A stretch of DNA of 64,000 bases. It comes from an uncultured delta proteobacterium. GTDB taxonomy: Bacteria > Desulfobacterota > Binatia > Binatales > Binataceae. This document shows positions 1 to 8,754 of this stretch, in pieces. Location of the stretch: NCBI GenBank assembly GCA_963765675.1, contig CAVXXK010000001.1, forward strand, positions 27,485-91,484. The letters run 5' to 3'. Numbering within the stretch: position 1 is the first letter of the stretch; every line of letters begins with the position of its first letter. The notes under the pieces are model-generated. The model was not told the DNA's origin. It saw only the letters and a program-made list of their open reading frames with translations, and did no database searches. The translations under genes and the position numbers were made by a program.

Positions 1-1302
1 GCGAATCGTAACCGCGGTCTGATTGTCCTGCGCGGTCGAGAACGTCTGGCTCTTGCGCGTCGGGATAGTTGTGTTCTTCTCGATAAGCTTGGTGAACACG
101 CCGCCCAGCGTTTCGATTCCGAGCGACAGCGGAGTCACGTCGAGCAACAGCACGTCTTTGACTTCGCCCTTGAGCACTCCGCCCTGGATCGCCGCGCCAA
201 TCGCGACGACTTCGTCCGGGTTGACGCCCTTGTGTCCTTCCTTGCCGAAAATCTTCTTGACCCGCTCCTGGACTGACGGCATCCGCGTCATCCCGCCGAC
301 CAGCACGATCTCGTTGACTTCGCTGGCCTTCAGGCCCGCGTCGCGCAGCGCGGTGATGCACGGCGCGTCCAGGCGATCGAGCAACTCGGCGCATAGCGCT
401 TCGAGCTTCGCGCGGGTGAGCTTGATATTCAGATGCTTCGGCCCCGACTGGTCCGCCGTGACGAACGGCAGATTGATGTCGGTTTCCATCACGGTCGAAA
501 GTTCGCACTTGGCTTTCTCGGCCGCTTCCTTAAGGCGCTGCAACGCCATCCGATCTTTACGCAGATCGATTCCCTGATCCTTTTTGAACTCGTCGGCCAG
601 GTAGTCGATGATGCGTTGATCGAAATCCTCGCCGCCCAGGAAGGTGTCGCCGTTGGTCGCTTTCACCTCGAACACGCCTTCGCCCAGCTCGAGAATCGAA
701 ACGTCGAAGGTGCCACCGCCAAGATCGAACACTGCGATCTTTTCGTCCTTCTTCTTGTCGAGTCCGTATGCGAGCGACGCCGCAGTCGGCTCGTTGATAA
801 TGCGCAGCACGTTCAGACCCGCGATTCGTCCGGCGTCTTTGGTCGCCTGGCGCTGTCCGTCATTGAAGTACGCGGGCACGGTGATGACGGCCTCGGTGAC
901 CTTCTCGCCAAGATAGTCTTCGGCGGTCTGCTTCATCTTCTGAAGGATGAACGCCGAGATCTCGGGCGGACTGTATTTCTTGCCGCGGATCTCGACCCAT
1001 GCGGCGCCGTCGTCGTTCTTGACCACCGAGTAGGGAAGAACCTTCTTGGCTTTCTCGACTTCGGGGTCGTCGTAACGCCGGCCCATCAGGCGCTTGATCG
1101 CGAAAACCGTGTTGGTCGGATTCGTGATCGCCTGCCGCCGAGCGATTTGCCCGACCAGCCGTTCGCCTGAATCCGTGAATGCCACGACCGAAGGAGTCGT
1201 GCGGCTGCCCTCTGAGTTGGCGATCACGACTGGATCGCCGCCCTCCATGATTGCAACGCAACTATTGGTGGTCCCAAGGTCGATACCGATTACTTTTGCC
1301 AT
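1..1302 (-). CDS. dnaK: Molecular chaperone DnaK (Hsp70), N-terminal ~434 aa; runs off the window start
   Basis: Minus-strand translation from the ATG at 1300-1302 reads [22 protein letters not shown]...[25 protein letters not shown]...[14 protein letters not shown]. These are canonical Hsp70 motifs. The gene is absent from the ORF track because it is truncated by the window edge. Confidence 0.95.
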   Translation of the reverse strand, partial: MAKVIGIDLGTTNSCVAIMEGGDPVVIANSEGSRTTPSVVAFTDSGERLVGQIARRQAITNPTNTVFAIKRLMGRRYDDPEVEKAKKVLPYSVVKNDDGAAWVEIRGKKYSPPEISAFILQKMKQTAEDYLGEKVTEAVITVPAYFNDGQRQATKDAGRIAGLNVLRIINEPTAASLAYGLDKKKDEKIAVFDLGGGTFDVSILELGEGVFEVKATNGDTFLGGEDFDQRIIDYLADEFKKDQGIDLRKDRMALQRLKEAAEKAKCELSTVMETDINLPFVTADQSGPKHLNIKLTRAKLEALCAELLDRLDAPCITALRDAGLKASEVNEIVLVGGMTRMPSVQERVKKIFGKEGHKGVNPDEVVAIGAAIQGGVLKGEVKDVLLLDVTPLSLGIETLGGVFTKLIEKNTTIPTRKSQTFSTAQDNQTAVTIR

Positions 1303-1356
1303 GATTTATACACGTCCCCGAAAAACTTGTTCGCTCAAATAAAACGTAACCACTGC

Positions 1357-2007
1357 CTAATTGTTTTCAACGTCTGATGCGTCAGTTTCGCCTTCGCTTT
1401 GCCCGCCAGGTCCCTTTGAGACCGAGACGCGCGCGGGCCTTATCACCCGATCGCCAATCTGGTAGCCGCGATGGAACTCCTGCACGATCTGATTCGGTGC
1501 GTGAACCTCGCTCACGACATGATCGACCGCCTCGTGCCGACTCGGATCGAACGGCTGCCCGACCGATTCGAGCGAGGTCACGCCTTGCGCGCGCAGCAGG
1601 TCCATCATCGAGCGCAGAACCATCTCGACGCCGTCGATAATCGTCTTTGAGCCGGCGTCACCGGCGCGCGCTGCTTCCACTGCGCGTTCGAGATTGTCGA
1701 TTATCGGCAGCAGATCGCGCAGGATTGCCTCGCGCTGGATCCGCACAGATTCCTCGCTCTGCTGACGAATCCGTTTGCGCGCATTTTCATTGTCTGCGAG
1801 TGCTCGCAGGTACTTGTCCTTGAGCTCGGCCAGCTCCTGCTCCTTGGCCTCGAGCGCAGCCTGAAGATCGGGCGCGCCGTCGCCCTGAGGAGCGGCGCCG
1901 TCGGCCGCATCTTCGTGCTGCGCGCGATGCTCGTGGTCATGTCCTTGATGATGCCCGGGATGCGCTCCCGCGTGGCTATCGCTGTCGTCTTTATGATGCT
2001 TGTTCAT
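1357..2007 (-). CDS. grpE: Nucleotide exchange factor GrpE with an unusual His-rich N-terminal extension
   Basis: The 216-aa ORF contains the GrpE core (…LRALADNENARKRIRQQSEE…, C-terminal beta domain). It lies immediately upstream of dnaK on the same strand. The N-terminus reads MNKHHKDDSDSHAGAHPGHHQGHDHEHRAQHED. Confidence 0.9.
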   Translation of the reverse strand: MNKHHKDDSDSHAGAHPGHHQGHDHEHRAQHEDAADGAAPQGDGAPDLQAALEAKEQELAELKDKYLRALADNENARKRIRQQSEESVRIQREAILRDLLPIIDNLERAVEAARAGDAGSKTIIDGVEMVLRSMMDLLRAQGVTSLESVGQPFDPSRHEAVDHVVSEVHAPNQIVQEFHRGYQIGDRVIRPARVSVSKGPGGQSEGETDASDVENN

Positions 2008-2192
2008 TACGATGTTTGGCCCCCCAATACAGGGCTAACCACATAGAAGATAAGCACGATTTCCCCGCGCGCCAGTCGTCGCGAAGCTTAATTTGCCGCC
2101 GCGAATCTGTAGTATCTTGCGTGCGGCAACGGCTCAGGCCGAAAATACCTCCGCAGAAGCTCCGCCCCGGCGATCGATTTCGAGGATTCGCA

Positions 2193-3317
2193 ATGCGCAC
2201 AGCCCCATCCATCCGTCCGTCACTTTGGTTGCTCTCCGGCGCAATGGTTGTGCTGACCTGCGCACTCTGCGCGCCCGCGCGTGCCGCCAACGCGAAACCC
2301 TTTGCGCTTCAGGAAACCATCGCGGTGCCGGGCAAGCCGCTGACCGGCTTCGATATTTCGTGGGTCGATCCTAAAACCCATCAGCTCTATCTCTCCGATC
2401 GATCCAACAACTCGATTGACATCTTCGATACGCGCACCCTCAAGTTCATCGCGCGAATCGGCGGGTTCGTAGGCAATGGGCCGGGCGGCTACGATCACGG
2501 CGGACCCAACGGCGTCGTCGTAATCGACTCGCCACATGAGGCGATCGCCGGTGACGGCGACAGTACGGTCAAGATGATAGACCTCGACGCCAAGCCGCCT
2601 AAAATCGCCGCCACGATTCCCACGGGAGGCACGGAGCGCGCTGACGAGCTTTCTTATGACGCGGCCGACGGCCTCGCGATGGTTGCGAATCCGGGCGAGA
2701 AGCCGCCGTTCGTTTCGTTCATCTCAACCAAGTCAAACAAGGTCATTGGCAAGATCGACTTTCCCGACGCGACCGACGGCCTGGAGCAATCGGTCTGGGA
2801 TCCGAGCCGCGACCTTTTCTATCAGGTGGTGCCCGAGCTCAAGCACGGCGATGGCGCGATCGCCGAGATCGATCCCAAGACCATGAAAGTCACTCGCAAA
2901 TTTGTGGTCCGCGAATGTCACGGCGCCGGCCTGACCCTCGGTCCCGACGGCAAGCTCCTCATCGGATGCACCCGAAAACAGTCCGTCGTGATGGACGCGA
3001 TGACGGGCAAAGTCGTCGCTGAGACACCAAAAGTCTCCGGCTCCGACGAGGTCTGGTACAACTCCGGCGACGGCCGTTACTACCTGGCTGCGGTGCGGGA
3101 TCCGGCGGGTCCGGTGCTCGGAATTATCGATGCGAAGACCAACACCTGGGTCGAAAATCTCGCCACCGCCTATCCCGCCCACTCAGTCTCCGCCGATCCC
3201 TCGAATAACCGGGTCTTCGTCCCGATGGGCCCGAATCAAACGAGCTTCGACACCGATCCGGCAAAGCATCTCGACTGCGCAGGCGGATGTATCGGGGTGT
3301 ACTCGGAGAAGCCTTAG
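2193..3317 (+). CDS. Secreted YVTN/YncE-like beta-propeller repeat protein
   Basis: Start chosen at the ATG at 2193, which has GAGGAT 6 nt upstream. The N-terminus MRTAPSIRPSLWLLSGAMVVLTCALCAPARAANA is signal-peptide-like. Repeated …D..T.K.I..I… propeller blades match the YVTN repeat family. Confidence 0.6.
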   Translation: MRTAPSIRPSLWLLSGAMVVLTCALCAPARAANAKPFALQETIAVPGKPLTGFDISWVDPKTHQLYLSDRSNNSIDIFDTRTLKFIARIGGFVGNGPGGYDHGGPNGVVVIDSPHEAIAGDGDSTVKMIDLDAKPPKIAATIPTGGTERADELSYDAADGLAMVANPGEKPPFVSFISTKSNKVIGKIDFPDATDGLEQSVWDPSRDLFYQVVPELKHGDGAIAEIDPKTMKVTRKFVVRECHGAGLTLGPDGKLLIGCTRKQSVVMDAMTGKVVAETPKVSGSDEVWYNSGDGRYYLAAVRDPAGPVLGIIDAKTNTWVENLATAYPAHSVSADPSNNRVFVPMGPNQTSFDTDPAKHLDCAGGCIGVYSEKP

Positions 3318-3387
3318 CGCGCAGCACGGTGCGAACTGATCTGCTCTCTTCCAATGAGATTGGGAGAGGGAATAGGCGGCCGTGCCG

Positions 3388-4428
3388 CTAATGCTCGAGC
3401 AGCTTCGAGAGGGCTTTGGCGGTGTACTCTACCAGCGGGATCACACGGTCGTAGTCCATTCGCACTGGACCCACAATAGCGAGGCTGCCAACCGGCGTTG
3501 CTCCAGTGGCATATGAAGCCGCGATAACGCTGAGGCCCGCCAGGCGCGCGTCGTCGTTTTCCGAACCGATCGATACCGTAAGCCCGCGCCGGGCGAGACT
3601 GCGCTCTAGCAGATCGAGCAGCGCGGTCTTGTCGTCGAGCGCGCGTAGCAGCTCGCGCATCCGCTCGGGATCGGAAAACTCCGGCTGCTCGATAGCCTGC
3701 AGGCTGCCATCGACGTAAAGCTCCGTGCGGCTCGCATGTTCGGCGACCGCGCCGCCCAGAGCCAGCGCGTCGCGCACGAAACGGTCGTACACCGCGCGCT
3801 CCTCGTGCAGGCGCTCTTCGATCCAGCGCCGCGCTTCATCCAGCGTGCGTCCGGCCAGCGACTCGTTCAGATACCGCGCCATCCGATCGAGCTCGTCCTG
3901 CGAATGGTCGCGATCAGTCTCGACGATATGGTTCTGCACCTGTCCCGCCGCCGCGACAAACATCGCGAGCACCTGCCGCTCGCGCAGGCGCACAAAGTTA
4001 ACCCGCTCGAGCATCATCGATTCCAGCCGCGGGCCCATCACCAGCGCGGCCTGCCCGGTAAGGAGCGCCAGCAGCTTGGGCGTGTCGCGCATGATATCGT
4101 CCAAATCACGCGTGCGGGTCGAATAATGCAGCTCAATCTGCGCGCGATCCTCGAATCCGATCCGCGAGACCAGGCTGTCGACGTAATAGCGATAACCCTT
4201 GTCGGTCGGAACCCGTCCCGCCGAGGTATGCGGCTGTCGCAGGTAGCCCCCGTCCTCAAGCTCCGCCATCATGTTGCGCACCATCGCGGAGCGCACCCCG
4301 AGAGGATGCCGTGCGACGATTTGCTGCGAGCCCACAGGCTCCGCGGTCGCGATAAATTCCTGCACCGTCGCGAGCAGCAGCGCCTGTCGCCGTGCGGAGA
4401 GCGCTTTGGTTTCGATTTCCTGGGTCAT
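3388..4428 (-). CDS. hrcA: Heat-inducible transcriptional repressor HrcA
   Basis: MTQEIETKALSARRQALLLATVQEFIATAEPVGSQQIV… is a typical HrcA winged-helix N-terminus followed by the GAF-like C-domain. The start was taken at the internal Met at codon 39 of the track ORF. No recognisable CIRCE (TTAGCACTC-N9-GAGTGCTAA) was found in 4429-4587. Confidence 0.85.
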   Translation of the reverse strand: MTQEIETKALSARRQALLLATVQEFIATAEPVGSQQIVARHPLGVRSAMVRNMMAELEDGGYLRQPHTSAGRVPTDKGYRYYVDSLVSRIGFEDRAQIELHYSTRTRDLDDIMRDTPKLLALLTGQAALVMGPRLESMMLERVNFVRLRERQVLAMFVAAAGQVQNHIVETDRDHSQDELDRMARYLNESLAGRTLDEARRWIEERLHEERAVYDRFVRDALALGGAVAEHASRTELYVDGSLQAIEQPEFSDPERMRELLRALDDKTALLDLLERSLARRGLTVSIGSENDDARLAGLSVIAASYATGATPVGSLAIVGPVRMDYDRVIPLVEYTAKALSKLLEH

Positions 4429-4587
4429 CTGATTGCGGCTTGAGTTTTCACAAGATGTAAACGCCGGCAAGCCGCAGTCTAACTGCTTCAATTCTGACCC
4501 CTCATAGTGGTGGTTATCAAGCGCTGTGGGGTGCAATCGCACCGGAAGGTCGGCTAATCTTCCACAGGAGGGGATGCGTCAAGGACG

Positions 4588-6198
4588 ATGGCGAAAGCGC
4601 GAAAGACAGCCAAGCCGCGGAAGATTTTCGTTCCGGTGGTTCCACAAGGCGCGACTTGGATCGAAAGCGACAGCTACGACCGCCGCGCCTGGAGCGAGAT
4701 TCTGTCCGGCACTCCTGCGTTCAAGGACCTGACCGAGGCGGGCGGCGCGCTGGTCCCGCACTTCGACGCGCTGCTCGCGGATTTTTTCCTCGCGCTGTTC
4801 AAGTTCAACCTCGTATGGCACAAGCCCGGCGCCGTGCGCCGCGCGGCTGCCCTCAACCGCACAATCCTGGATGAAATTTTGCCTTCGCCCGCTTTCGAGG
4901 CGCTGAAAAACCGCACTCTGCTCGAAGAAGACAAGGCCGCGATCGCGGCGATTGTGCTCGGCGAGCGGGCGCTCGAAATGATTCGCAGCGAACGCTTCCT
5001 GAATCGGCGCGAGATGGTCGATCTGTGGGATCTCGAGCATCAGGAACAGGACCTCGCCGCGCGCGCCGACGCGCTCAAGACGATCCAGGAGATGACCGAG
5101 AAGCCCGAAGAGGAAGGCGCCGGCGGCAATCCCAAGGCGAGCGACGACGCAAAAAAGAAGATGGCTGCGATGCTCGAAACGGCGGCGCGCGCCGCGCAGG
5201 TCTCCGAGGCGCGGCTCAATCAGAAATCACGGCAGGTCGAGAGCGATCTCAAGAATAGCGATCACACCGAACTGCGCCGGATGCAGCTCAAAGCCGGAGA
5301 ACTCGCCGCCGAGATCGATCGCGCCGCCGAGGACAGCCACGATTTCAGCCGCGAGTTCGGGCAAGGCGGACGGATGAACGCTGGCGAGCGGCTCGAGCTG
5401 GGACGCCATCTGGCGAAAAGCCGCAAGCTCGGCGAGCTGGCGCGGATGGTCGGCCGCATGAAACAGGACGCGCGCGCGATTCGCCACAAGACGCTCGAGC
5501 GCGGCGTCGCCGAAGCCTACGATATCGAGCGCGGCGCCGACCTCGGCAGGATGATCCCGTCGGAGCTGGTCGCGATGCATCATCCAATTCTCGCGATCGA
5601 TTTCCGTCGCCGTCTGCTCGAATCCGATCTTCTCCAATACCGGCTGCGCGACGACGAGCAGAAGGGCAAGGGCCCGATGATCGTTTGTATCGACGTCAGC
5701 TCCTCGATGCAGGGGGACAAGGAGCTGTGGGCGAAGGCGGTGGGGCTGACGCTGATGGATATCGCGCGGCGCGGGCGGCGCCTTTTTCGCGCCGTGATGT
5801 TTTCCTCGGGCGACACGAGCCTCAAGGTGCTCGATCTGAATCGCGAGCGGCGCTATCAACCCGAGCTCGCGAAGGTGATCGAGATGGCCGAATATTTTCC
5901 GGGCGGCGGCACCGATTTTCAGCAGCCGCTCGACGCTGCCGTGGCGCTGCTCGAAGAGCGCAAGCTGAAGCGCGGCGATATCGTGATAATCACCGACGGA
6001 GAATCGCAAGTCGCGCCCGAGTGGCTCGCGCATCTGAAAGAGCGCAAGGAAGCTTTGCAATTTTCGATCTTCGGCGTGCTCGTCGATGTCGGATCGTCGG
6101 AGATGTCGTCGCTGCGGCAATTCGCCGACCGGATCACGTCGGTAAAAACGCTAAGCGACTCCGCCACCCGCGACATCTTTCTGCACGTGCAATCATGA
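4588..6198 (+). CDS. von Willebrand factor A (VWA) domain protein (CoxE/ViaA-like)
   Basis: 536 aa with a C-terminal VWA fold. It carries the MIDAS motif D-V-S-S-S-M (…MIVCIDVSSSMQGDKELW…) and …IVIITDGES…. GGAGG lies 9 nt upstream of the ATG. No MoxR-type ATPase partner is present in the window. Confidence 0.75.
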   Translation: MAKARKTAKPRKIFVPVVPQGATWIESDSYDRRAWSEILSGTPAFKDLTEAGGALVPHFDALLADFFLALFKFNLVWHKPGAVRRAAALNRTILDEILPSPAFEALKNRTLLEEDKAAIAAIVLGERALEMIRSERFLNRREMVDLWDLEHQEQDLAARADALKTIQEMTEKPEEEGAGGNPKASDDAKKKMAAMLETAARAAQVSEARLNQKSRQVESDLKNSDHTELRRMQLKAGELAAEIDRAAEDSHDFSREFGQGGRMNAGERLELGRHLAKSRKLGELARMVGRMKQDARAIRHKTLERGVAEAYDIERGADLGRMIPSELVAMHHPILAIDFRRRLLESDLLQYRLRDDEQKGKGPMIVCIDVSSSMQGDKELWAKAVGLTLMDIARRGRRLFRAVMFSSGDTSLKVLDLNRERRYQPELAKVIEMAEYFPGGGTDFQQPLDAAVALLEERKLKRGDIVIITDGESQVAPEWLAHLKERKEALQFSIFGVLVDVGSSEMSSLRQFADRITSVKTLSDSATRDIFLHVQS

Positions 6199-6698
6199 AA
6201 TCGACCGAATCGAAAATCGTGCTCGAGCCTATCGATCGCGGGAACTATCGCGCGCTGTTCAGGATGCAACTGCGGCCAGAGCAGGAGAACTTCGTCACTC
6301 CGCCGCGATGGACCCTCGCGCGATGCTACGTGCGGATGTTCGGCGACAACTTCGAGCATCTGCCGCATCTCATCCGCGCGGAGGGTAAAGTCGTCGGCTA
6401 CTGTACCACCGTGTGCGATGCGGCAAGCGAGGAAGAGTACTGGATCGACGACATCATGATCGACGCCGTGCATCAGAGAAAAGGCTACGGACGCGCCGCG
6501 ATGCGCGATACGATCGCGATGATCGCGGCGCGCTATCCGCGATGCCGCGCCGTCCAGCTCACCTGTTTCCGCGACAACCTCAACGCAGCGGCGCTGTACA
6601 AGAGCCTCGGCTTCGAGCCAACCGGCGCAGTAGATAACGAGTTCGGCGAACCAAACTACATCCTGCGCGGCGCAGCCCTCGACGCCTTCCGCCGCTGA
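6195..6698 (+). CDS. GNAT family N-acetyltransferase
   Basis: The ATG at 6195 overlaps the VWA stop (ATGA). …IMIDAVHQRKGYGRAAMRDTIAMIAARYP… is an acetyl-CoA binding motif (Q/R-x-x-G-x-G/A). Confidence 0.8.
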   Translation: MKSTESKIVLEPIDRGNYRALFRMQLRPEQENFVTPPRWTLARCYVRMFGDNFEHLPHLIRAEGKVVGYCTTVCDAASEEEYWIDDIMIDAVHQRKGYGRAAMRDTIAMIAARYPRCRAVQLTCFRDNLNAAALYKSLGFEPTGAVDNEFGEPNYILRGAALDAFRR

Positions 6699-6713
6699 GC
6701 CTCGCCCTCTGTC

Positions 6714-6885
6714 TGATTCCTCGCCCAGTATGGGAGAGGTTAGGTGAGGGACCTTATTCAGCGCGGCGCTCGAGCGCCGCGCGATTATAAAGAAAGCTCT
6801 GAGCAAGGCCGCCCTCACCCACGCGTCACGATGCTTGCGAAAAGAATCGCAAGCATCGCGCCACGCCGCCCTCTGCCGGGGGAGC
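6714..6885 (+). repeat. Structured dispersed repeat, copy 1 of 3 (MITE/REP-like, ~175 bp)
   Basis: CTGATTCCTCGCCCAGTATGGGAGAGGTTAGGTGAGGGACCTTATTCAGCGCGGCGC…CCCTCACCCACGCGTCACGATGCTTGCGAAAAGAATCGCAAGCATCG… is nearly identical to the reverse complement of 22160-22348. Its first ~75 bp recur at 34219-34294 in reverse orientation. It contains internal palindromes (GATGCTTGCGA…TCGCAAGCATC; GCGCGGCGC…GCGCCGCGC). Confidence 0.85.
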
Positions 6886-6920
6886 GTACCCAGCAGCGAT
6901 CCGCAGCAGAAAAAATAAAA

Positions 6921-6951
6921 GGGCCGGCGATTTGATCGCCGGCCCTTTTCC
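6921..6951. terminator. Rho-independent (bidirectional) terminator between the GNAT gene and the convergent diiron-protein gene
   Basis: GGGCCGGCGAT-TTG-ATCGCCGGCCC is an 11-bp perfect stem. It is followed by TTTTCC and preceded by AAAAATAAAA. Confidence 0.8.
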
Positions 6952-6973
6952 TGACATTTCGCGAACTTCGCGC

Positions 6974-7972
6974 TTACGCCGCTGAGGCCATCTCCATCAC
7001 GCCGAGCTGCTTATACCAGGACTCGGTGCGATCGTTGATCAGATCAAGCTGGCGCAGGCACGGGATGATCGTGTCGACGAACAGGAACGAGTTGAACTGG
7101 CGATCGAGCTGGCTCTCGGCCTCGGCCCACGCCGGATTACGATGCATCTCGTCCTCGATATCTTTCATCGAGATACCGACCTCTTCAAACACTGAGCTGC
7201 CCGACAGGAAGCCGTCGCGCGGCACGCCGTCTTCGACCTTGGTCACCATCAGATCGCACGCGGTGAAGGAAAATTCCTCGAGCTCCTTCTTTTCCTTGCC
7301 GTGAAGCTTGCGGACCGCGTCGCGCAGCGCGAGCATCCCGAAGCCCACGTGGCGCGACTCGTCCTTCATGATGTACTCGAGCAGCTCCTTGAGCAGATCG
7401 TCCTTGGTCTCGCGCTGCATGAAACGGAACGCCGCAATCGCCAGCCCCTCGGCGACAATCTGCATCCCGACGTACTTCGGCTCCCATCGCTCGTTCTTCA
7501 TGATCGCAGTAAGCAGCTTTTCCAGCGTCGGATCGATCGGATAGATGCGATCGAGCTTGGTGATGTACTTGCGGAAGCCCTCGACGTGGCGGGCTTCATC
7601 GAAGACCTGCGCCGCGGCGTTCATCTTCGCGTCCAGGTCGGGAACCGCATCGACGAGCTGTCCGCATACCAGCAACGCGCCCTGCTCTCCGTGCAGAAAC
7701 TGCGACAGCCGCCATGCCGCGAATTTGCGGTTGAGCTGAAGCTTCTTCTCCTCGGACAGCGAGCGATAAAGCTCCGTCTGGAACATCGGCATGATCGTCA
7801 TGTCGAGAACTTCCTTCTCGATCGGCCGGTCCCAGTTGATCGTGGTCGAGACGTTCCACTGATCGCGCTTGGCGTTCTCGTACAGGCGGTCCATCTGCGG
7901 AAACCGCACTTCGTAGTTCCAATCGAACACGCTGTCGAGCGGGGTGTGTACGTCAGTCCGTTCGTGAGCCAT
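6974..7972 (-). CDS. Ferritin-like diiron-carboxylate protein (AurF/R2-like oxygenase family)
   Basis: 332 aa with two E-x-x-H containing motifs (…FDEARHVEGF… and …KDESRHVGFG…) spaced as in diiron oxidases. It is adjacent to a TetR regulator. Confidence 0.55.
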   Translation of the reverse strand: MAHERTDVHTPLDSVFDWNYEVRFPQMDRLYENAKRDQWNVSTTINWDRPIEKEVLDMTIMPMFQTELYRSLSEEKKLQLNRKFAAWRLSQFLHGEQGALLVCGQLVDAVPDLDAKMNAAAQVFDEARHVEGFRKYITKLDRIYPIDPTLEKLLTAIMKNERWEPKYVGMQIVAEGLAIAAFRFMQRETKDDLLKELLEYIMKDESRHVGFGMLALRDAVRKLHGKEKKELEEFSFTACDLMVTKVEDGVPRDGFLSGSSVFEEVGISMKDIEDEMHRNPAWAEAESQLDRQFNSFLFVDTIIPCLRQLDLINDRTESWYKQLGVMEMASAA

Positions 7973-7989
7973 AAAAAATCCTCCAGTAA

Positions 7990-8604
7990 TTAACGGTTCT
8001 CGAGACGAACAGCTCGTTCGAGTCCGCCTAATGCGAAGTTAACGGTCGCGTCCTTGAGTTCGTCGAGCGGCAGATCGCCGCGTTCCAAAAGCCACGAGAT
8101 CGCTTGCGACAGCATCCCGATCGTCAGATTAGCAACCACTTCCGCGCGCGCGCCGATCGCCGGCGCGAGTTCGTCGCGTAAGTCGTTGATAAAAGTCTCA
8201 TGCACCCGAACCATCAGGTCCAGGAATGCCGGGCTATGCCCAAATACGATCCGGAAGCCCTCTGGATTCTCGGCGGCGGCGTCGAGAATCGTGCTGATCG
8301 TGATGCGCAGCATGTCCGCCGGGCTGTCGAACCCCTTTTTTGCTTCGGCCAATTTCTCGCGCAGCGACTGCGCGCCGTTCGCGGTGAGCTCGATGAAGAT
8401 TTCGTTTTTGGTCTTGAAGTGAAGATAGAAGGTGCCGAGACCCACGTCGGCGTCGGTCGCGATATCGGCGATCCGCGTGTCGTGGTAGCCCTTGCGCGCG
8501 ATTACACGTTCGGCAGCCTCCAAGAGATCAACCCGCGTCTTCTCACGACGTCGATCAAACCGGGTCGGTGCCTGCTCACTCGCCTTACGTGCAACTTCCG
8601 CCAT
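7990..8604 (-). CDS. TetR/AcrR family transcriptional regulator
   Basis: N-terminal HTH …RRREKTRVDLLEAAERVIARKGYHDTRIADIATDADVGLGTFYLHFKTKNEIF… is the TetR_N signature. Confidence 0.85.
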   Translation of the reverse strand: MAEVARKASEQAPTRFDRRREKTRVDLLEAAERVIARKGYHDTRIADIATDADVGLGTFYLHFKTKNEIFIELTANGAQSLREKLAEAKKGFDSPADMLRITISTILDAAAENPEGFRIVFGHSPAFLDLMVRVHETFINDLRDELAPAIGARAEVVANLTIGMLSQAISWLLERGDLPLDELKDATVNFALGGLERAVRLENR

Positions 8605-8605
8605 T

Positions 8606-8700
8606 AACTGAATATGTACTCGATTATGAATCTTGAGTCAAACACGACCGCGACTTCAATTATGAAATATTATTCAGTTATGAGCTGAGACTCGGCAAAA
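8606..8700. promoter_or_regulatory. AT-rich promoter region upstream of the tetR gene with short palindromes (candidate TetR operator)
   Basis: GATTATGAATC and TTCAATTATGAA palindromes, plus CTGAATA…TATTCAG inverted pair, in a locally AT-rich stretch between 8604 and the convergent gene end at 8755. Confidence 0.25.
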
Positions 8701-8754
8701 GTTCCGCGTAGTAGAACCGTTGTCTAGGCTTAGGCCCAATCGATCGGGAGTAGG

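Noticed and set aside
433-1170. 245-aa +strand ORF and other ORFs in 23-1342
   Set aside because: They are antisense or shadow frames of dnaK. The minus strand encodes a textbook Hsp70 across this whole interval.
4429-4587. Search for a CIRCE operator upstream of hrcA/grpE
   Set aside because: No TTAGCACTC-N9-GAGTGCTAA-like inverted repeat was found, so no regulatory feature is called.
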